This document shows positions 60,354 to 64,000 of a stretch of DNA of 64,000 bases, piece by piece. Every line of letters begins with the position of its first letter. The first letter of the stretch is position 1. The position numbers and the translations under genes are program-made. Origin of the DNA: ANME-2 cluster archaeon (GTDB taxonomy: Archaea; Halobacteriota; Methanosarcinia; Methanosarcinales; Methanocomedenaceae); the NCBI GenBank assembly GCA_014237145.1, contig JAAXOC010000096.1, forward strand, positions 60,138 to 124,137, given 5' to 3'. The notes under the pieces are model-generated. The model was not told where the DNA came from and searched no databases. It saw only the letters and a list, made by a program, of their open reading frames with translations.

Positions 60354-60433
60354 TTGGTAGTGTTCAGAAAAATAAATGGCCTTTATAGTGGTAGTATTTA
60401 GTGAGATCTGGGACATGGAAAGATGATGTGAAT

Positions 60434-60607
60434 CCAACGAGGTCTAAGACCGTAGCGTGGTATCAAACGGAAACTATGGGAACTCGGGAGGGCCATTATG
60501 CTCTCCTTACAAGGGTAGGAGTTTGCAATATCAAGCCAATGAACGGTAAGACACGGTTTAATGTAATAAAAAATCTCCAGTTAGTTGCCCTAAATTTAAT
60601 GTTCAGC
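60434..60607 (+). pseudogene. Possible DDE transposase C-terminal remnant (IS5/IS1182-like ending)
   Basis: The 5' extension of the radical-SAM ORF reads ...RSKTVAWYQTE...GKTRFNVIKNLQLVALNLM. This loosely matches the R-S-x-V-E...G-x-x-K-V...A-x-N-L endings of such transposases. The call is weak and by eye only. Confidence 0.25.
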
Positions 60608-60628
60608 AGAACATATATTCCTCCTATC

Positions 60629-61696
60629 ATGGAACATGAAAACGGATCCGATTCATTCTACACCCATCTTCCACACGGCTGCCAGCTCTGCTACGAAGGC
60701 GCCAAAATGGTACTCTTCGTGACCGGATTATGCCGCAAGAGCTGTTTCTACTGCCCGGTCTCTGAAAAACGGATGCGCAAGGATGTAACATTCGCTAACG
60801 AGCGCCCGGTATCGTCAGATAATGAAATCCTGGACGAAGCCCGCAGCATGAATGCCCTGGGCACCGGGATAACCGGGGGTGAACCACTGCTGGTGCCGGA
60901 CAGGGTACTTGGTTATATCAGGCTCCTGAAAACCAGCTTTGGCAGGGAGCATCACATCCACCTTTATACTGCCCTGTCCCCTGATAGAGAAATTCTAAAA
61001 GAGCTTAAAGTGGCAGGACTCGATGAGATACGATTCCATCCGCAACCGGAAATCTGGGACCATTTGCCAGGGTCAGGGTTCGCCAGGTCGCTTGGAATTG
61101 CAAAGGGACTGGGTATAGATGCAGGTTTTGAGATACCTTCCCTGCCAGGTTCAGAGCAGGTTGCAGATTTTGCCATGGATTGTGATGTATTCATCAATCT
61201 GAATGAGCTGGAGTTCTCAGAGACCAATGCAGAAGCACTGAAAGCCCGGGGTTATTCTGCTATGGATGATGAAAGCTGTCGTGCGGCCGGGAGCAGGGAT
61301 GTGGCGTATAGTATTATCCAGCAGGACCCGGGGTCAAAGGCACATTTCTGTTCATCCCGCTTCAAGGACGCTGTCCAGTTGCGCAAGAGGCTGCTACGAA
61401 CTGCCCGGATACTGGGCCGTGAATTTGATGAAGTGAACCCGGACGGTACATTATTCTATGGGGTGATACAAGGAAATGTGGACGGGATCATAGAGATGCT
61501 GACCGGACTGGACGTGCCCTGGCAGCTTTTTGAACCGCTGGATGGCAGGGTGGAACTGGCTTGTTGGGTGCTGGAGGAGATTGCACCGGAAATTGGAGAC
61601 CGGTTCCAGTCATGGTACGAAGAATGCTACCCCACATATGGCAGATTGGTTGTTGAACGAATTCCTATAGATACGGCTGTAGATTTCACTATTTAA
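60629..61696 (+). CDS. Radical SAM protein (COG2108-like, PFL-activase related)
   Basis: I prefer the ATG at 60629 (MEHENGSDSFY...). The cluster motif is CRKSCFYCP, and GGEPLL is present. The track ORF starts at 60401. Confidence 0.75.
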   Translation: MEHENGSDSFYTHLPHGCQLCYEGAKMVLFVTGLCRKSCFYCPVSEKRMRKDVTFANERPVSSDNEILDEARSMNALGTGITGGEPLLVPDRVLGYIRLLKTSFGREHHIHLYTALSPDREILKELKVAGLDEIRFHPQPEIWDHLPGSGFARSLGIAKGLGIDAGFEIPSLPGSEQVADFAMDCDVFINLNELEFSETNAEALKARGYSAMDDESCRAAGSRDVAYSIIQQDPGSKAHFCSSRFKDAVQLRKRLLRTARILGREFDEVNPDGTLFYGVIQGNVDGIIEMLTGLDVPWQLFEPLDGRVELACWVLEEIAPEIGDRFQSWYEECYPTYGRLVVERIPIDTAVDFTI

Positions 61697-61754
61697 CGCC
61701 AACTTTTATTTACCTTAAAGTGAACATATTGAATCCCGGTTTTACTGATTAATA

Positions 61755-62072
61755 TTGATGGTGGTAATACTGAATAATACCAATAATCAAGTCAAAGAAC
61801 GGCTAATTAAATATTTACGTAAGGATGAGACCAATCTGCGTAAGACTGTCCTGCAGATGTTCCTTGTCGGAAAAATCTATACTACGAACGACATCTATAA
61901 AAACCTCATGCAGCAGGGCTTTGACTTGAACTATCGTGGCGTCTCTGCAATGGTGGGCCTGATGAATACCCGTCTTGGTATCCTTCGTGTTGATGTGACA
62001 AGAGAGCACAACCATTATTCTTTAAAAGATGATTTCAAAGAAATCGTACAGACTGTGCTGAATAATTTTTAA
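61755..62072 (+). CDS. Small conserved archaeal protein, wHTH-like (possibly DUF2551)
   Basis: The 105-aa ORF has ERLIKYLRKDETNLRKTVLQMFLVGKIYTTNDIYKNL. The family assignment is tentative. Confidence 0.45.
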   Translation: MMVVILNNTNNQVKERLIKYLRKDETNLRKTVLQMFLVGKIYTTNDIYKNLMQQGFDLNYRGVSAMVGLMNTRLGILRVDVTREHNHYSLKDDFKEIVQTVLNNF

Positions 62073-62096
62073 TAAATACTAAACAGGTGTGTTAAT

Positions 62097-62909
62097 ATGC
62101 TTCGTGTAGGAGTTGTAGGGTGTGGTGCGATCGGGTCCTTTATTTGTCATGCCCTGGATACTGAGATCGAAGGTACCCGGCTTGTTGCCGTACACGAACA
62201 CCATACAGAACTAATGGAAACTCTATGCGCCAGCCTGTCCTGTAAACCAGGGATGGTGAAGATCCGCAAGATGGTAGAAATGGTAGACCTTGTTGTAGAA
62301 GCTGCAGCACCCGAAGCTGTGCCGATAGCAGCAGTTACTGCTCTTGAGAATGGGTGTGATGTAATGATAATGAGTGTAGGCGCCCTGGTCGATTCCGACC
62401 TGATGGACAGGCTGTCGTCCCTGGCACTGGAAAATAACTGTAAGATATACCTTCCTTCAGGAGCAGTAGTGGGTATTGACGGGATCAAATCCGCATCCAT
62501 AGCTGGAATAGAATCTGTTACTCTCACCTCGACCAAACCGCCCAGGGCTCTTAGCGGAGCACCGTACGTTGTCGAAAACAATATTGACCTGGAGGGTTTC
62601 AGGGAATCCACGGTAATTTTCGAGGGTGCTGCCCATGATGCTGTGAAAGCCTTCCCCGCAAATGTCAATGTGGCTGCTGCCATCAGCCTGGCAGGTATCG
62701 GTGTGGAAAAAACAAGGGTACGCATAATAGTTGACCCGGCCAGTGACAGGAACCGACATGAGATAGAAGTAGTAGGGGACTTTGGCAGGTTTACTACACA
62801 GGTCGAGAATGTACCTTCCCCGGAAAACCCGAAAACAAGCTATCTGGCCGCCCTGTCTGCCGTGGCCACACTTAAAAAGATTGCAAGTCCGCTGCAAATC
62901 GGAACTTAA
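62097..62909 (+). CDS. nadX: L-aspartate dehydrogenase
   Basis: The 270-aa ORF has a Rossmann fold (MLRVGVVGCGAIGSF), and its length and C-terminal domain are typical of NadX. Confidence 0.8.
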   Translation: MLRVGVVGCGAIGSFICHALDTEIEGTRLVAVHEHHTELMETLCASLSCKPGMVKIRKMVEMVDLVVEAAAPEAVPIAAVTALENGCDVMIMSVGALVDSDLMDRLSSLALENNCKIYLPSGAVVGIDGIKSASIAGIESVTLTSTKPPRALSGAPYVVENNIDLEGFRESTVIFEGAAHDAVKAFPANVNVAAAISLAGIGVEKTRVRIIVDPASDRNRHEIEVVGDFGRFTTQVENVPSPENPKTSYLAALSAVATLKKIASPLQIGT

Positions 62910-62969
62910 AAAAACCAGGAAAGAGTAGTTATACTACTCCGCATGTGTAATTCGGAACTATAGATAAAA

Positions 62970-63051
62970 GCCACAGAAGTCACAGAGAACACAGAGGTAG
63001 GATTCAAAGCTGCGAAAAAGGCATCTCTGTGACCTCTGTGTTCTCTGTGGC
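62970..63051. repeat. Imperfect palindrome built from CACAGAG/CTCTGTG units
   Basis: The left arm is gccacagaagtcacagagaacacagagg (62970-62997). The right arm is ctctgtgacctctgtgttctctgtggc (63025-63051). The spacer is 27 nt. It uses the same unit as the 48071/48471 TIRs. Confidence 0.85.
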
Positions 63052-63826
63052 AAAAAATTACAAAAAACAGACACGGTTTAGTATATTTCTAAAATATGTA
63101 ACGGAGCAGATAATCATTATTTCCATCAGGCATCTGTCAAAGACTTTCGGAAACCATACTGTGCTTCGTGATATCAACCTGGATATCAAGACAGGGGATT
63201 TTTTAACCATATTCGGTCCCAACGGTGCCGGCAAGACCACCCTGGTCAAGATCATGTCCACCCTGGTCAGCCCCACTTCAGGGACTGTGCTTGTACATGA
63301 CCTCGATGTTAAGAAATCACCACTGGAAGTGAGGCGACTTATCGGTGTTATCTCGCATGAGACCTACCTGTACCAGGACCTGACTGCAAAAGAGAACTTG
63401 CTGTTCTTTGGTAGGATGTACGGTATGCACAGAGATAAGCTGGAGGCAAGGATACACGAACTTGTGAATGAAGTTGGGTTGCAGTACAGGCTGGATGACA
63501 GGGTAGGTACATTCAGCAGGGGTATGAAACAGCGCCTGAGCATTGCCCGGGCCATCCTGCATGACCCGAAGATACTGTTCCTGGATGAACCCTACACAGG
63601 GCTTGACCAGCATGCAGCAGCTACATTTGATTCTATCTTAAAAGAACTTGATGTATCAGACAAGACCCAGGTCATGGTATCCCACGATATCGAGCGTGGG
63701 CTGGCACTTGCCGATAAGGTTGTCATCCTGCATGGCGGGAATATCGTGTACGAAGCCGCTAAGGATAAGATGGAAGGCGTGGAGCAGTTCCGCCATACCT
63801 ATGAACATTATGTCAGGGAGGTGTGA
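63029..63826 (+). CDS. ccmA: ABC transporter ATP-binding protein, CcmA-like (heme exporter)
   Basis: It has Walker A GPNGAGKTTL, the signature FSRGMKQRLSIA and Walker B ILFLDEP. The N-terminus is uncertain: the only in-frame start (GTG 63029) lies inside the palindromic repeat. Confidence 0.8.
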   Translation: MTSVFSVAKNYKKQTRFSIFLKYVTEQIIIISIRHLSKTFGNHTVLRDINLDIKTGDFLTIFGPNGAGKTTLVKIMSTLVSPTSGTVLVHDLDVKKSPLEVRRLIGVISHETYLYQDLTAKENLLFFGRMYGMHRDKLEARIHELVNEVGLQYRLDDRVGTFSRGMKQRLSIARAILHDPKILFLDEPYTGLDQHAAATFDSILKELDVSDKTQVMVSHDIERGLALADKVVILHGGNIVYEAAKDKMEGVEQFRHTYEHYVREV

Positions 63827-63829
63827 CAA

Positions 63830-64000
63830 TTGAAGGATTTCCTTTACCTGGCCTGGAAGGACCTGCTAATGGAGTTTCGGACCAAGCAGATGCTGAACAG
63901 CATGGTCATATTCTCGCTGCTTGTGATCGTCATATTCAACTATTCTTTCAGCAACATCCTGTTCAATGTCGAAGTAGCAGATATAGCGCCCGGTATATTG
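63830..64000 (+). CDS. ccmB: CcmB-like heme exporter permease, N-terminal part (runs off the 3' edge)
   Basis: The TTG at 63830 lies 4 nt after the ccmA stop. It reads LKDFLYLAWKDLLMEFRTKQMLNSMVIFSLLVIVIFNYSF... and is open to the end of the window. Confidence 0.6.
   Translation, partial: MKDFLYLAWKDLLMEFRTKQMLNSMVIFSLLVIVIFNYSFSNILFNVEVADIAPGIL

Noticed and set aside
1-64000. A search for CRISPR arrays and rRNA genes.
   Set aside because: No series of three or more regularly spaced 25-40 nt repeats with unique spacers exists. The only tandem repeats are coding (4995-5262 and 58909-58956) or have 2-3 copies. No rRNA-like conserved stretches were seen.

Overview
This 64 kb window is an archaeal chromosome segment. 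Gene content and order point to a Methanosarcinales or ANME-2-like euryarchaeon, but that assignment is inference from content only.

Most of the window is a conserved information-processing supercluster.
- 1-2.1 kb: 2-oxoacid:ferredoxin oxidoreductase alpha, beta and gamma subunits.
- 2.2-6.8 kb, minus strand: PAC2 chaperone, Nop10, aIF2-alpha, S27e, L44e, a GINS-like protein and primase PriS.
- 7-12.5 kb: Ogg-type glycosylase, CstA, a substrate-binding protein, DUF1805 and a SPOUT methyltransferase.
- 12.5-29 kb: the full L3-to-L15 ribosomal protein operon, followed by SecY, Adk, DUF106, Cmk and Cbf5.
- 29.1 kb: tRNA-Ser(GGA), followed by a small, decayed toxin-antitoxin islet (29.2-31 kb).
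- 31.4-33.3 kb: PCNA and PriL.
- 33.55 kb: an intron-containing tRNA-Lys(UUU).
- 33.7-47.1 kb: RpoH-B''-B'-A'-A'', L30e, NusA, S12, S7, EF-2, EF-1alpha and S10.

The last 17 kb is accessory or mixed.
- It starts with a SecB-like hypothetical gene and a roughly 1 kb non-coding stretch that holds a MITE-like, highly structured element.
- Next come hisB, a CDF transporter and a PUA/PP-loop/ferredoxin fusion protein.
- A roughly 7 kb island (about 52.8-60.1 kb) is visibly more G+C-rich and has bacterial-style codon usage.
- After the island come a radical SAM gene, a small wHTH-like gene, nadX and ccmA/ccmB.

The island is the most interesting part of the window.
- It is the skeleton of two type I restriction-modification loci. 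hsdM, hsdS and hsdR survive only as short in-frame stubs or nonsense-bearing remnants.
- The two cargo genes are intact: a 1265-aa SIR2-domain giant protein (DSR / SIR2-DUF4020-like) and a 468-aa AlbA_2/Schlafen-type protein.
- An integrase remnant flanks it on the left. On the right there are repeat pairs and a possible transposase remnant.

I found no rRNA genes and no CRISPR arrays. All calls come from reading the translations and sequence by eye; no database search was run.
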